Assembly (NCBI GenBank): GCA_041649175.1
Contig: JBAZNR010000001.1
Coordinates: forward strand, 158,934 to 222,933
Origin: Candidatus Omnitrophota bacterium
GTDB taxonomy: Bacteria; Omnitrophota; Gorgyraeia; Zapsychrales; JBAZNR01
DNA: 64,000 bases
Direction: 5' to 3'
This document shows positions 63,948-64,000 of this stretch, piece by piece (position 1 is the stretch's first letter; the number at the start of each line of letters is the position of its first letter). The notes under the pieces are model-generated. The model did not search any database and was not told where the DNA came from. It worked only from the letters and a program-made list of their open reading frames with translations. Made by a program: the position numbers and the translations under genes.

Positions 63948-63955
63948 TAATAAAA

Positions 63956-64000
63956 TCGGGGAGGAGAGATTTGAACTCTCGACCTCTTGCTCCCAAAGCA
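63956..64000 (-). tRNA. tRNA-Pro (anticodon TGG), 3' portion only; gene runs off right edge
   Basis: rc = …UGC UUUGGGA GCAAG AGGUC GAGAG UUCAAAU CUCUC CUCCCCG A; C1:G72 and A73 typical of tRNA-Pro. Confidence 0.6.

Noticed and set aside
63846-63950. Possible complete tRNA with a long variable arm or intron (tRNA-Sec or Ser-like) upstream of tRNA-Pro
   Set aside because: A cloverleaf could not be folded by hand; the 5' acceptor strand is missing. It is better explained as a duplicated tRNA-Pro 3' half with an insertion.
1-64000. CRISPR arrays, transposases, integrases, restriction-modification or other recognisable defence genes
   Set aside because: None seen: no regularly spaced short direct repeats, and no DDE, tyrosine or serine recombinase, or nuclease/ATPase defence-type ORFs. 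The tRNA-adjacent duplications are the only mobile-element-like traces.

Overview
This 64 kb bacterial chromosomal window is densely coding and about 95% of its genes lie on the minus strand. I support about 70 CDS and three tRNAs: tRNA-His(GTG), tRNA-Arg(TCT), and a partial tRNA-Pro(TGG) that runs off the right edge. I found no CRISPR array, transposase or integrase.

The most unusual content is a family of five paralogous proteins of 609-692 aa (2220-10766 and 21507-25591). Each has a multi-pass N-terminal membrane domain carrying a conserved 'F-x-F-DD' loop motif and an 'LHP-[IV]-QTE-x-V-x-Y-[IV]-x-QRST' motif, followed by a C-terminal array of TPR repeats. This is the architecture of TMTC/DUF1736-type GT-C glycosyltransferases, the eukaryotic protein O-mannosyltransferase family.

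The paralogs are interleaved in one tightly packed minus-strand gene string with the parts of a phosphorelay: a cytoplasmic PAS-rich hybrid histidine kinase, a separate Hpt protein, and a REC/pseudo-REC regulator. A YdbH/YnbE/YdbL-like (AsmA-family) trio is embedded between them, and a CBS-GAF-PP2C phosphatase sits at the left edge. About 6 kb away a Dpm1-like GT2 enzyme could supply the polyprenyl-phosphate-sugar donor. A UPF0104 flippase-like protein and a GtrA-domain protein lie elsewhere in the window. I read this as a candidate, so far uncharacterised, bacterial periplasmic TPR-guided glycosylation system.

Other notable content includes an mlaE-lipoprotein-mlaF-mlaD operon and a lipid-remodelling cluster of three large fusion proteins: GtrA plus a six-hairpin glycosidase-like domain, an AMP-binding C-terminal subdomain plus ACP plus PlsC, and GT4 plus alpha/beta-hydrolase. 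There is an amtB-glnK pair next to a REC-HK-FixJ-type operon, and ptsP (GAF-EI). Housekeeping genes present are greA, ybaB, lipA, def, panD, trxA and rlmB.

Three small genes were missed by the ORF track: an entericidin-like lipoprotein, a UPF0391/DUF1328 protein, and a 39-aa basic protein with a strong Shine-Dalgarno. Partial duplications of tRNA sequence lie next to both tRNA-His and tRNA-Pro.
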